The notes: generated by a model from the letters alone, not told the origin. DNA of 64,000 nt from an uncultured Gammaproteobacteria bacterium (GCA_964503465.1 CAZCYZ010000001.1:129702-193701), one strand, 5' to 3'; positions 46,755 through 57,160 are shown, counted from the first letter of the stretch. Numbers and translations are program-made.

Positions 46755-48887
46755 ATGGCCAGACGCGGGCGAAAAAAGAAAAAACACAGCACTGTTCCCA
46801 GTTTCCGTCTCCGCCCCGATACTGTTAATTCTATTTTCTTTATTTTTTTTCTTCTCCTCTCCATTGTCTCTGTTTTTTCCTTTCTCCAGATTGGTCCACT
46901 TCCTACCCAATACAATCTTTTTCTTTCTAAATACTTTGGTTTCGCCTCCGTTTTAATCCCTTTCCTTTTAGTCTTAGTTTCTTTTATTTTTACTAAAATA
47001 AAAATCCCTCTTAAAGAACCCAACGTTCCCTTGGGGTTTTCTTTAATGCTCATTTCCGTTGTTAGCCTTTTTCAGCAGGGGATAGTTGGTCGTTTTATTT
47101 GGGATCAACTCATTTATCTTTTTACCAGTCCTGCTATCGTTTTTTTGCTTTTCTTCTTTCTTTTCACAGTTGGCTTTGTGGTCCTCTTTGATACCTCAGT
47201 CGTTCAAATAGTTCGCACTGTTTTGCGGATCTTGGCTATTATTCGTAAATACACCCTCGGGTCTCGTTCCCGTCTCTCCTCAATCAAAAAACCAAATCGC
47301 GATGAAGCCATTTATGTTGAATCACCCAAAGAAAATGAAAAAGAGAAAGCTAATGACTTTGTTGTCGGTGTTCCTCCAGTTCTCAAATCCTCCTCCACTA
47401 CTCCCACTCTTCCTCTCAAATCTCCGCCGATTAATTCTTCCAGTCACCAGGTCTGGGAATATCCACCTATCACGATTTTTGAAGATCCTACTGGTACCAA
47501 GGCTGACCGCGGTGATGTCCGTCACAATGCTCAGACTATTGAGCAAACTCTTGATTCCTTCGGTATTACCGCTCGGGTCAAAGAAATCAACAATAGCCCT
47601 TCGGTGACTCAATATGCTCTTGAGGTTGCCCTGGGTACTAAGTTGGCTAAAATCATGAGTCTTAGTAACGACTTGGCTATGGCCCTAGCCGCTCCCGGTG
47701 GTCAAATCCGTGTCGAAGCTCCAATCCCTGGTCGTTCTTTAGTTGGCATCGAAGTTCCCAATCGTTCACTTGAAATCGTTCCTATCAGAAAAATTATTGA
47801 ATCCGACCCCATGAAGCATTCCAAGTCCAAGTTAGCCGTGCCCCTAGGTCTCGATGTTGGTGGTAACCCTCGAATTGCTGACATTACCAAAATGCCCCAT
47901 GTTCTTATCGCTGGTCAAACTGGCTCTGGAAAATCAGTTTGTGTTAACTCCTGGATTTGTTCACTCCTATTTCGTTCCTCTCCTGACGAAGTTAAACTAA
48001 TCCTTGTCGATCCCAAACGAGTCGAACTAACCCCATACAATGGTATTCCGCACTTATTAACCCCGGTTATCGTTGAACCAGAGAAGGTTGTTTCTGCCCT
48101 CAAATGGGCCGTTTCCGAAATGGAGCGTCGTTATAAGGTCTTCACCGAAATTGGCGCTAAAAATATTGAAAGTTTTAATGATATGTCGGGTTTCCAGTCA
48201 ATGCCATACATTGTTATTTTTGTTGATGAATTAGCAGAAATTATCATGTACTCTCCCTCCGAGGTTGAGGACAATATTTGTCGATTAGCCCAAATGGCCC
48301 GAGCCGTGGGTATTCATTTGGTTTTGGCCACCCAGCGGCCATCAGTCAATGTTATTACCGGCTTAATTAAAGCTAATGTTCCTACCAGAATTGCTTTTGC
48401 TGTTGCCTCAATGACCGATTCTCGGGTAGTGTTGGACACTCCTGGTGCCGAAAAACTTCTTGGTAGAGGAGATATGTTATATATCCCCCCCGATCTAGCC
48501 AAACCAATTCGTATTCAAATGTGTCTAATTACCGACGCCGAAACTAATCGCTTGATTGATCACCTCAAAAATCAGGCTAGTACTCAGCCACAATACAATG
48601 ACCAAATTACCAGCCAACCAGTTGCTAGCCCCACCTCCAAAAGCGTCAATCTTCAATCAGTCGATGGCGAAGAACGTGACGCCGTTTTTGATCAGGCGGT
48701 CGCTCTAATTCAGTCGTCAGGCAAGGCTTCGGCTTCCTTGTTCCAGCGTCATCTCAAACTTGGATATGCACGGGCTGCTCGTCTTTTGGACCAACTAGAA
48801 TCGGCTGGTATTGTTAGTCCCGGTCAAGGCGCCAAACCTCGTCAAATTCTTATTCCCCACACACCCTCTAGTGATGACGAAGCCTAA
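46755..48887 (+). CDS. ftsK: DNA translocase FtsK/SpoIIIE
   Basis: N-terminal TM segments, Pro/Ser linker, motor domain with Walker A LIAGQTGSGKSV, C-terminal gamma winged-helix. Confidence 0.85.
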   Translation: MARRGRKKKKHSTVPSFRLRPDTVNSIFFIFFLLLSIVSVFSFLQIGPLPTQYNLFLSKYFGFASVLIPFLLVLVSFIFTKIKIPLKEPNVPLGFSLMLISVVSLFQQGIVGRFIWDQLIYLFTSPAIVFLLFFFLFTVGFVVLFDTSVVQIVRTVLRILAIIRKYTLGSRSRLSSIKKPNRDEAIYVESPKENEKEKANDFVVGVPPVLKSSSTTPTLPLKSPPINSSSHQVWEYPPITIFEDPTGTKADRGDVRHNAQTIEQTLDSFGITARVKEINNSPSVTQYALEVALGTKLAKIMSLSNDLAMALAAPGGQIRVEAPIPGRSLVGIEVPNRSLEIVPIRKIIESDPMKHSKSKLAVPLGLDVGGNPRIADITKMPHVLIAGQTGSGKSVCVNSWICSLLFRSSPDEVKLILVDPKRVELTPYNGIPHLLTPVIVEPEKVVSALKWAVSEMERRYKVFTEIGAKNIESFNDMSGFQSMPYIVIFVDELAEIIMYSPSEVEDNICRLAQMARAVGIHLVLATQRPSVNVITGLIKANVPTRIAFAVASMTDSRVVLDTPGAEKLLGRGDMLYIPPDLAKPIRIQMCLITDAETNRLIDHLKNQASTQPQYNDQITSQPVASPTSKSVNLQSVDGEERDAVFDQAVALIQSSGKASASLFQRHLKLGYARAARLLDQLESAGIVSPGQGAKPRQILIPHTPSSDDEA

Positions 48888-48893
48888 CAACTT

Positions 48894-49487
48894 ATGCATC
48901 GTGCTTCAACCACTCTTTCCACTACTCGTCTCGACAAAGAATTAACATACGACGAAATTTCCAAAAGAACAAAAATTCCCATTAAGTACCTAGAAGCCAT
49001 TGAAGCGGAAAATACCCAAAATCTTCCCAATGAGCCCTACTGTTCCTTGATAGTCAAAGATTACGCTGAATCTCTTGGTCTCAATGGTTCTCATCTTCTC
49101 TCACTTTTCCGCCGTGATGTTCTTACCCCCAGACGTTTGCAACCAACTAGTCGGAAAATTTTGTCTTTTACTCCGCAGTTGGCCTTAACTCTAGTTATGA
49201 CTATCTCATTTCTGACTTTTGCTGGGTATTTATTTTACGAATACAACAAATTTAACCGCCCACCAAGTTTAAAAATCGATTGGCCCGAAAAAATCAACGA
49301 TTCTAAATTGGAAATTACTGGTATTACCGATCCAGAAGCTACTATTCGTGTCAATGACAGTTTAGTCATCGTCGACGCTAATGGCCATTTTTCCAAGAAG
49401 ATAAACATTGATACCAATCCTGCCAAGATTATCATTGAATCAAAATCTCGTGGGGGCAAAACCACCGTTGAAGAGAAAACCTACTAA
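48894..49487 (+). CDS. RodZ-like HTH (XRE) domain membrane protein
   Basis: N-terminal HTH LTYDEISKRTKIPIKYLEAIE, central TM, C-terminal beta domain. Confidence 0.5.
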   Translation: MHRASTTLSTTRLDKELTYDEISKRTKIPIKYLEAIEAENTQNLPNEPYCSLIVKDYAESLGLNGSHLLSLFRRDVLTPRRLQPTSRKILSFTPQLALTLVMTISFLTFAGYLFYEYNKFNRPPSLKIDWPEKINDSKLEITGITDPEATIRVNDSLVIVDANGHFSKKINIDTNPAKIIIESKSRGGKTTVEEKTY

Positions 49488-49505
49488 GTGTATAAATAAA
49501 CATAG

Positions 49506-49751
49506 ATGGACCCAACCCAAATAGTCATTATTCTCAGCTTGATTTCCATCACTGTTGTTTTTGTTGTTGTTGGTATTTGGCTAGTTCTTGTTCTTCGTGA
49601 AGCCAAACAAATTCTTGAAGATACTCACTCTATTACTTCTTCAGTCGCCAAACCAGTTAATTCTTTTTCCGAATTCTTGATGGGCTTCAAAAACGGCTTT
49701 ACTCTTTTCAACAAGTTTTTTCCCGACAACCAAGATGAGTCAAAGAAATAA
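49506..49751 (+). CDS. Small membrane protein (hypothetical)
   Basis: 81 aa, single TM IVIILSLISITVVFVVVGIWLVLVL. Confidence 0.3.
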   Translation: MDPTQIVIILSLISITVVFVVVGIWLVLVLREAKQILEDTHSITSSVAKPVNSFSEFLMGFKNGFTLFNKFFPDNQDESKK

Positions 49752-50031
49752 TTCATGTGATTGTTGTTCATCTTCCTCTTCTGGTTTTGTTTTTGGTCTT
49801 ATTTGTGGTGCCATTATCGCCGCTCTAGTGGCCATTTATGTCTACCGTAATCCCAAGTCAGAAGTTTTCCAAAATCTCAAGAAAAAGTTTGACGAATTTT
49901 TTAAAACCAAATCATCCCCACCTCCAAAGAACCACAAAAAATCTGTCACCCTCCCTCCTATGTTGGCTGTTACCACCCCTCCTTCGGCTCCCAAGATCAA
50001 AGCTAAAAAGTTTCTCAAACCGAAGAAATAA
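49735..50031 (+). CDS. Small membrane protein with Cys-rich N-terminus and basic Pro-rich tail (hypothetical)
   Basis: 98 aa, TM FVFGLICGAIIAALVAIYV. Overlaps the previous ORF by 17 nt. Confidence 0.3.
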   Translation: MSQRNNSCDCCSSSSSGFVFGLICGAIIAALVAIYVYRNPKSEVFQNLKKKFDEFFKTKSSPPPKNHKKSVTLPPMLAVTTPPSAPKIKAKKFLKPKK

Positions 50032-50061
50032 TCTCTCTCGTTTCTGTTATATAATTCCCCT

Positions 50062-51822
50062 ATGACTCCTCGGGATTTAAAGGACAAATTTGTTAAATTT
50101 TTTGTTAATCGTGGCCATGTCGAAATTCCCAGTGCTTCTCTCGTTCCCGAAAATGATCCAACCACTCTCTTTATATCCGCTGGGATGCATCCACTAGTTC
50201 CATTTTTACTCGGCCAGCCGCACCCTCTGGGTCAGCGTTTGGTTGACGTTCAAAAAAGCCTCCGTACCGGCGATATTGAGGAAACAGGGGATACTGTTCA
50301 CCACACTTTTTTTGAAATGCTTGGTAATTGGAGTTTGGGTGATTATTTCAAGAAAGAACAAATTGAATGGAGTTATGAATTCCTAACCAAAGAACTTGGC
50401 TATGACCCTGCAGCTATCCATGTTACCTGTTTCGAAGGCGATATCGATGCTCCAAAGGATGAAGAGTCGGCCGCCATTTGGGAATCAGTTGGAATTCCTA
50501 AAGACAGGATTCACTTTCTTCCCAAGAAAGACAACTGGTGGGGTCCGGCCGGATCTACTGGTCCTTGTGGTCCCGACACCGAAATGTTTGTTGACACTAA
50601 ACCAGAAGAAGGACCAATTGATTTTGTTGTCGGTTGTCAATCATGTCGGATCGTTGAAATTGGTAACGATGTTTTTATGCAATATAACAAAACTACTAAT
50701 GGTCAATATGTTCTTTTGCCTCAGAAAAATGTCGATACTGGTTGGGGAGTTGAACGCAACACTGCTATTGCCAATGGTCACGCCGACAATTATTTAACGG
50801 TCATATGGCAACCAATTATTAAAAAGATCGAACAACTATCAGGTAAAAAATACGACCAAGATCCTCGACCTTTCAGAATTATTGCTGACCATATCCGTGC
50901 GGCTGTTTTTGTTATCGCTGATGGTGTTGAACCCAGCAACAAGGAAAGGGGATATGTCCTTCGTCGTCTTATTCGCCGCTCGATCCGTCAGGGAAAACTA
51001 CTAGGAATCGAACATAACTTTATCGTTGCCATTGGTCGGGCGGTTCTTGATAATCAGGGAAATTACGCTGGGATCTATCCTGAACTAAGTCAAAACAAAG
51101 ACAAAATTTTAAATATTCTTGATCTTGAGGAAAATAAATTCCGCAAAACCCTAAACCACGGTCTTTCACAAATCCAAAGACTGATCGATCGCCAAAAGTC
51201 TGTTTCCGGTCAAGAGGCCTTTGATATTTATCAAAGTTTTGGTTTTCCAGCCGAAATGATTGAGGAAGAACTCAAGAAAAACAATTTAACCTTAGATATC
51301 GATGAGTTTAACAAATTTAAACTAGATCATATTGAAAAATCTCGCACCCTTTCTGCTGGTATGTTTAAATCCGGCCTGGCCGACCATTCTGAAGCCATGA
51401 CCAAATATCATACCGCCACTCATCTTCTTCACGCCGCCCTTCGTCAGATTCTTGGAACCCATGTTCAGCAATCGGGTTCCAATATTACCGCCGAGCGTCT
51501 TCGTTTCGATTTTTCCCACCCAGACAAACTTACCGACGACCAATTGGCTCAAGTTTCTAATTTAATAAACCAAAAAATAACCGAAGGGATTGAGGTTAAG
51601 GTTGACACCATGAAATTTGTTGACGCCAAAAATTCCGGTGCTCTAGCTTTTTTTGGGGCCAAATATCCCGAAGTTGTTACCGTCTATACCATTAATGGTT
51701 TTTCCAAAGAAGTCTGTACTGGTCCTCACGTCACCAATACCTCAAAGCTTGGTCAGTTCCAAATTATCAAAGAAGAGTCGGCTGGTAGTGGTAAACGTCG
51801 CATCTACGCTATACTAATTTGA
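50062..51822 (+). CDS. alaS: Alanyl-tRNA synthetase, short form (catalytic + editing domains, no C-Ala domain)
   Basis: FEMLGNWSLGDYFK and GPCGPDTE class II motifs. Editing HTATHLLHAALRQILGTHVQQSGS. Ends at 586 aa. Confidence 0.85.
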   Translation: MTPRDLKDKFVKFFVNRGHVEIPSASLVPENDPTTLFISAGMHPLVPFLLGQPHPLGQRLVDVQKSLRTGDIEETGDTVHHTFFEMLGNWSLGDYFKKEQIEWSYEFLTKELGYDPAAIHVTCFEGDIDAPKDEESAAIWESVGIPKDRIHFLPKKDNWWGPAGSTGPCGPDTEMFVDTKPEEGPIDFVVGCQSCRIVEIGNDVFMQYNKTTNGQYVLLPQKNVDTGWGVERNTAIANGHADNYLTVIWQPIIKKIEQLSGKKYDQDPRPFRIIADHIRAAVFVIADGVEPSNKERGYVLRRLIRRSIRQGKLLGIEHNFIVAIGRAVLDNQGNYAGIYPELSQNKDKILNILDLEENKFRKTLNHGLSQIQRLIDRQKSVSGQEAFDIYQSFGFPAEMIEEELKKNNLTLDIDEFNKFKLDHIEKSRTLSAGMFKSGLADHSEAMTKYHTATHLLHAALRQILGTHVQQSGSNITAERLRFDFSHPDKLTDDQLAQVSNLINQKITEGIEVKVDTMKFVDAKNSGALAFFGAKYPEVVTVYTINGFSKEVCTGPHVTNTSKLGQFQIIKEESAGSGKRRIYAILI

Positions 51823-53861
51823 TGTCCTCTTTTTGGTTAATTGTTCTTCATTCCACCCATCTCTCGGTCGTCCTAGTTGAAGGAGAACAGATTGTTGCCA
51901 CTGGCCCAAAAGTTGATTGGAACCCCGACGATGATTCGATAACCTTGGCTGTCGATCAATCACTTTCGCAAGCAGCCGAAAACCATAACCTATCCCCATC
52001 AAACGAGCCTACTCAAGCCGCTTTCGTCCTTCCTCCTGATTGGGTTGGTTCCGACGGCAAAATCACTTCTCGAATTCTGTCCAAAATTGAACTAGTCTGT
52101 CGCCAGCTAAAACTAGAGCCCATGGGTTTTGTTGGCCAGGATGAGGCCATTATTGAAAGTTTTAATTCCAATGGCGGTGTTCCTGCTAGTTTTGTTCTTA
52201 TCCATTTCGATCACCAAAGCTTTGATATCTCATTAATATTCTTAGGTCAAATCAAAAAACGTATTTTTCAGAGTTTCACTCCACCATTTACCCCCACCAT
52301 CCTTGAGTCAGTTCTCAATTCACTCGATCAAGATTCAACTCTTCCTCCTCGAATTATCGTTTTTGGCCACGTTTCCGAATCAGCCGTTACCGATCTGACT
52401 AATTATCCCTGGTTAAACAAACCAGATTTTAAGGCTTTTCTTCAACTTCCTGAAATTACTTATTATCCTGAATCCGAACTTATCAAGATCTATGTCGATT
52501 TAATACTTCACCAACTTCAACCACCATCCTCATCCGTTGCCTCCCCTCCACCACCTCCTCCGGAACCCGTTACTCCTCTCAACGAAGTCAGTCCCGAATC
52601 TTTTGGTTTTGGAGTAAACAATTCCGTTTTAAAGCCCGAAATCTCCCCCCCGACAATTTCCAACAGTCAACCCGTTAGACCTCCATCCCGCCCAACATTC
52701 ACTTTTCCCAAAATCAAGTTGCCTCATATTAGAATTAAACTCAAAACGAATTGGTTGTTCGCTTTCGTTTTTGTCCCGACACTATTACTAATTCCGTTTT
52801 TCTTTCTCAAAACACATCTTACTCTTTATATTAACCCTTATGTTTATTCACAGCAGTTTCCAGTCACACTTACCACCAAAATCTCCACCCTGGATACAAA
52901 TCAAAAATTAATCCCCGTCAAAGCCCAATCTTTTACTGTCACTGCCAGTGCCACCACTCCCTCAACTGGCAAGCTCACTATCGGCAATAAGGCTCGGGGA
53001 GAGATTACTATCTATAACCAACAAAACAAAGTCCAAAATATCGCCAAAGGTGCCATTATTACTGATCCAACTGGTAAAAAATTTGAACTTTTTGTTGCCA
53101 CCAACGTAGCTTCTAGTAGTTCCAATCTAGACGCTGGTATTGTCACCCTAGGCCAAACCAAAGCAACCGTAATTGCCGTTGACGTTGGCCCAGAGTACAA
53201 CCTCACCAAGGACACCAAGCTCATCTTCAAAGATTACCCCGACACTCTTCTTCTCGCTCGTTGCTCTCAGGCTTTTTCTGGTGGTAGTCGTCAGGAAGTA
53301 AATGCCGTTGCCCTTGCCGATAGAACCACCCTCGACCAAAAACTTCAGTCTCTATTAAATAGCAACATTACTGCCAAAATCGACCAAGAATTCAAAGCCA
53401 ATTCTGATATTATCAAGGAATTTTCCCAGACCAAAAAAAACCGTATTGATTTTAGTCGTGAGGTCAACGAAGAGGCAGATGAATTATCAGCTACCTTAAC
53501 TGCTTCAGTCACCCTTTTCTCACTTGCTATTCCCAAACCGCAAATTATTACGGCTTTCCTGGCCACTGACTCCACTCTTCCCCAGTTAAATTTTGATACC
53601 GATCTATCCTCCCTCAGTTTTCAGGTAAACAAATCTGATGCCAATCAAGCCTCGGCTGTTCTTAACATTCAAGGTCAGGCCTTACCCAAAATTGATATTT
53701 CCGGTCTCCAACGTAAACTTATATTTAGAACACCATCCTCTGCTGCTAAAATTCTTCAGCAACAAGTTGATCGTCTTTACGATTTCCGTCTTGTTCCAAG
53801 CTTTATTCTTCCAATCCGTCCTCAAAATATTATCATCGATATCAAAACCAACAATCAATGA
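51819..53861 (+). CDS. Bitopic hypothetical protein: N-terminal cytoplasmic domain (actin/PilM/FtsA-like guess), Pro-rich linker, single TM, ~330-aa extracytoplasmic domain
   Basis: 4-nt overlap with alaS and with the downstream sortase. PPPPPEPVTP linker. TM WLFAFVFVPTLLLIPFFFL. Confidence 0.4.
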   Translation: MMSSFWLIVLHSTHLSVVLVEGEQIVATGPKVDWNPDDDSITLAVDQSLSQAAENHNLSPSNEPTQAAFVLPPDWVGSDGKITSRILSKIELVCRQLKLEPMGFVGQDEAIIESFNSNGGVPASFVLIHFDHQSFDISLIFLGQIKKRIFQSFTPPFTPTILESVLNSLDQDSTLPPRIIVFGHVSESAVTDLTNYPWLNKPDFKAFLQLPEITYYPESELIKIYVDLILHQLQPPSSSVASPPPPPPEPVTPLNEVSPESFGFGVNNSVLKPEISPPTISNSQPVRPPSRPTFTFPKIKLPHIRIKLKTNWLFAFVFVPTLLLIPFFFLKTHLTLYINPYVYSQQFPVTLTTKISTLDTNQKLIPVKAQSFTVTASATTPSTGKLTIGNKARGEITIYNQQNKVQNIAKGAIITDPTGKKFELFVATNVASSSSNLDAGIVTLGQTKATVIAVDVGPEYNLTKDTKLIFKDYPDTLLLARCSQAFSGGSRQEVNAVALADRTTLDQKLQSLLNSNITAKIDQEFKANSDIIKEFSQTKKNRIDFSREVNEEADELSATLTASVTLFSLAIPKPQIITAFLATDSTLPQLNFDTDLSSLSFQVNKSDANQASAVLNIQGQALPKIDISGLQRKLIFRTPSSAAKILQQQVDRLYDFRLVPSFILPIRPQNIIIDIKTNNQ

Positions 53862-54583
53862 CCTATATTTACGTCAAAAAAACACCACCACCTATTCGTC
53901 CCCAGCCTAGACTAAATCCGCCAACCCGTCGTATTCTTGCTTTGGTTCTTTTGTTGGCCGGTTTGGCTTTTTTAACCTCGGCCATTTTTCCCATCGTCCA
54001 GTTTCAATTAGCTTACGCCAATCGTTTCCGGGAAGTCATCAATCCGCTTTCAAGTCGCTTTTATAACCGTCAAGACAATGTTTTAGGAGATGTTGATTAT
54101 ACCCAACTTAATAACTGGTTTATTTCCAATTCAAACAACTCTACCCCGGGGACTTTAGCTTCTTCTCCATCCAACACCTACTACATTTCTATTCCCAAGC
54201 TCAACATTGATTCGGCCACTGTCGAGGTTGGCAGTCTCGATCTCAAACACAGTCTCATTCAATATCCTCAAACCGCTCTTCCGGGTCAATTTGGTAATTC
54301 AGTTATTTTTGGTCACTCCGTTTTGCCGCAGTTTTTTAACCCCAAATCATATTTAACTATTTTTTCCACTCTCTATCGTCTCAAGCAAGGTGATGAAATT
54401 TTTGTTGATTTTGATCAGATTCGTTATAAATTCTTAGTCGAAGAAATGTATGAAGTCCAACCAACCGACCTTTCAGTTCTCGAACAACGTTTTGATGGCC
54501 GTTATCTTACCCTCATCACTTGTAGTCCGCCCGGTACCTACCTCCGCCGCCTGATCGTTAAAACTCGCATTGTCGACATTTAA
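53858..54583 (+). CDS. Sortase-family transpeptidase
   Basis: N-terminal TM, FGHSVL His region, catalytic TLITC, conserved Arg near the C-terminus (YLRRLIVKTR). Confidence 0.6.
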   Translation: MTYIYVKKTPPPIRPQPRLNPPTRRILALVLLLAGLAFLTSAIFPIVQFQLAYANRFREVINPLSSRFYNRQDNVLGDVDYTQLNNWFISNSNNSTPGTLASSPSNTYYISIPKLNIDSATVEVGSLDLKHSLIQYPQTALPGQFGNSVIFGHSVLPQFFNPKSYLTIFSTLYRLKQGDEIFVDFDQIRYKFLVEEMYEVQPTDLSVLEQRFDGRYLTLITCSPPGTYLRRLIVKTRIVDI

Positions 54584-54653
54584 ATTATTTTTTATTCTCC
54601 CTTTCCTCAAGGGGAGATGTCCCGAGCTTGTCGAGGGACAGAGGGGTTTTATT

Positions 54654-55025
54654 ATGAATTTACTCGGTATCGACTATGGCACCAAAAGGATTGGTCTAGC
54701 CATTGCTATCAACGGTGTTATCTCTCCGCTTTCGGTCATCGTCAACGATTCAAACTCCATCACCAAAATTCAAGAAGCAATCAATCAGCACCACATACAC
54801 AAAGTATATGTAGGGGTATCGGAAGGACACTTTGCCGTTATCACTCGCCAATTTGTTGAGAAGCTCACCCATGTGTTAAAATTACCGGTCGAGACCATCG
54901 AGGAGGCTGTTTCTACCATTGAGGCCGGACAAATTTATCGGCAAAATCGTGGTAAAAATAAGCATTACCAAGATAGGATTGACGCCATTTCCGCTGCAGT
55001 TATTCTTAATCGGTTATTAATTTGA
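54654..55025 (+). CDS. ruvX: Holliday-junction resolvase-like RNase RuvX/YqgF
   Basis: MNLLGIDYGTKRIGLAIA RNase H-like N-terminus. The ORF-track extension from 54570 is rejected. Confidence 0.7.
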   Translation: MNLLGIDYGTKRIGLAIAINGVISPLSVIVNDSNSITKIQEAINQHHIHKVYVGVSEGHFAVITRQFVEKLTHVLKLPVETIEEAVSTIEAGQIYRQNRGKNKHYQDRIDAISAAVILNRLLI

Positions 55026-55031
55026 CCTCCA

Positions 55032-55229
55032 ATGATCAAAAATTTAATTGCCCCAATCCAAGCCTGGTTGTTATCTCAAGGACGTTGTGTCGGCTGCGGA
55101 ACTGATCTTTCTCAAGGAACCAAAAAGGAAGTTCGCGGCAAAACCACAGTTACCTGTCGTTGTGGTCGTATTTTTATCCACGATCCCGTCAAAAAGTCCT
55201 ACCGCCGAGCCTTGTTTGATGAAGTTTAG
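55032..55229 (+). CDS. Small zinc-ribbon protein (hypothetical)
   Basis: CVGCG...CRCG four-Cys arrangement in 65 aa. Confidence 0.3.
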   Translation: MIKNLIAPIQAWLLSQGRCVGCGTDLSQGTKKEVRGKTTVTCRCGRIFIHDPVKKSYRRALFDEV

Positions 55230-55231
55230 TC

Positions 55232-56137
55232 ATGAAAAAGGCCCTCTTGTTTTTTCTGGTTGTTATCTTCGCTGCTGTCGGTTTTGTTGTCATTTCGCTT
55301 CAACCAGTTTCTTCATCAATTCAACCCCAACAGTTCGTTATTAATCAAGGTGATAGTCTCAACCTCATTGCCTCCAGACTTTATTCAAGCAAGCTTGTCC
55401 GTAGTCGTTATGTCTTTATTATTTGGTCGTACCTAAAAGGTCTTAATCGTCGTCTTCAGGCCGGATCTTTTGAGCTTCTTCCGTCTCTGTCAACTCCGGA
55501 TATTGTCCTCAAGCTTTCCACGGGTGGCAGTCATGATTATTGGTTAACTATTATTGGTGGTAGTCGGCGTGAGGAAATTTCCCCACCACTAACTGGTGCC
55601 AGTGAGGGCTACTTATTTCCCGACAGTTATCTAGTCCCACGCGACTTTACTCCATCGGAAATTCTTGAGGTTATCAATCAAAACTTCCAAAAAAAATTTG
55701 CTCAGGCTAAACTTTCCCAAACTACTTCTCTTACCGATTCTGAAACCTTAGTTCTTGCCTCTCTTCTCGAACGTGAGGCCCGACTTCTTCCCACCAAACA
55801 AATGATTGCTGGCATCCTTCTTAATCGCCTCCAGATCAACATGGCCCTCCAGGTTGATGCCTCAGTTCAGTATGCTCGTGATAATCTCAAAAAACCCACC
55901 AAATACTGGCAACCGGTAACCAAAGCCGACCTTAAGATTAGTTCTCCCTTTAATACTTATCTTTATCCTGGACTTCCTCCTGCTCCCATTTGCAACCCTG
56001 GTTACGATTCTATCTTCGCCGCCTTTCATCCCACTCCCTCAAAATATCTTTTCTATATCACCGACGATTCGGGTCAAATCCACTACGCCCAGACTCTTGA
56101 CGAACACAATGCCAACATTGCTAAATACCTACGTTAA
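55232..56137 (+). CDS. mltG: Endolytic murein transglycosylase MltG/YceG
   Basis: N-terminal TM plus YceG-like domain. C-terminal ...YLFYITDDSGQIHYAQTLDEHNANI conserved block. Confidence 0.7.
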   Translation: MKKALLFFLVVIFAAVGFVVISLQPVSSSIQPQQFVINQGDSLNLIASRLYSSKLVRSRYVFIIWSYLKGLNRRLQAGSFELLPSLSTPDIVLKLSTGGSHDYWLTIIGGSRREEISPPLTGASEGYLFPDSYLVPRDFTPSEILEVINQNFQKKFAQAKLSQTTSLTDSETLVLASLLEREARLLPTKQMIAGILLNRLQINMALQVDASVQYARDNLKKPTKYWQPVTKADLKISSPFNTYLYPGLPPAPICNPGYDSIFAAFHPTPSKYLFYITDDSGQIHYAQTLDEHNANIAKYLR

Positions 56138-57104
56138 TTAACTCATTTAGTATTTTCCATCGTCTTTTTTTCTCTTTTGGAGGAATGTCATCTTTGTAAA
56201 TTTTTGCCGAAACTGTTCCCCGTCGTGGTGAATATTTATTAATATAAGCAATTTCAAAACCAACTTTTTGGCACAAATCTACCGTATTTTGAAAAGCCGG
56301 TTCATCCTCACCTGGAAAACCAACAATAATATCAGTCGACAATCTTACTCCCTCAATCGCGGTTCTTATTTTGTTGACCAACTTCAAATAATCCTCTCTG
56401 GTGTAACCCCGATTCATCTTTTTAAGTATTTCATTATCCCCGGATTGAATCGGCAGATGAATCAGCCTGTCAATATTCTGGTGTTTGGCTATTACCTGTA
56501 TCAGTTCGTTATCAAAATCCCATGGATTGCTACTAATAAACGATACTTTCCTTAACTTTCTACCGGCCACCTTATCCAGTAAATCAAAAAACTTTCCTTT
56601 TTGCCAAGAATTGACGCTTTGTCCAATCAGCATTACTTCCTCAAAACCTTCTTTTATGGCTTTGTCTACTTCCTCAAGAATTTCTTTTTCACTTCGATAC
56701 ATTTCTCGCCCTCTGGAATAGGGGACTATACAATAGCTACAATAATGGTCACAACCACTACTAATGGGTATCAATGCCGCTCGCTTCTTGTCTCTTATTG
56801 GCCCATCAACCTCAAATTTCTTTATTGGCCACCACTCCACTCCTTCGATTTTTTTCTTTCGCACGGGCACTAAACACCCGGTAATAATTATTCTTTTACT
56901 TTTTATATTGTTAATCAGGCCGTAAACTCTATTTTCTGCCGATTCTCTAATCACACAGGTATTTATCACTACCAGGTCAGCTGTTTTTAAGTCGTCCACC
57001 TCTTCGTACCCCTTTGTCCAAAAGTATGCCCGTATTTTTTCTGAATCAGCTTGGTTTTGAATACAACCAAAAGTTTTAATGTGAAATCTTATAACCTTAT
57101 TCAT
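56121..57104 (-). CDS. MiaB-like tRNA methylthiotransferase (MTTase N-domain + radical SAM; TRAM domain apparently absent)
   Basis: IKTFGCIQNQADSE MTTase cysteines, radical-SAM CDHYCSYC. The internal Met at 57104 is the more likely start than 57170, which would overlap the divergent downstream gene. Confidence 0.7.
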   Translation of the reverse strand: MNKVIRFHIKTFGCIQNQADSEKIRAYFWTKGYEEVDDLKTADLVVINTCVIRESAENRVYGLINNIKSKRIIITGCLVPVRKKKIEGVEWWPIKKFEVDGPIRDKKRAALIPISSGCDHYCSYCIVPYSRGREMYRSEKEILEEVDKAIKEGFEEVMLIGQSVNSWQKGKFFDLLDKVAGRKLRKVSFISSNPWDFDNELIQVIAKHQNIDRLIHLPIQSGDNEILKKMNRGYTREDYLKLVNKIRTAIEGVRLSTDIIVGFPGEDEPAFQNTVDLCQKVGFEIAYINKYSPRRGTVSAKIYKDDIPPKEKKRRWKILNELINVGI

Positions 57105-57160
57105 TCTCGTATTATACCCATTAATTTGACACTGATTTTCAAAAGTGCCATAGTTATTCC

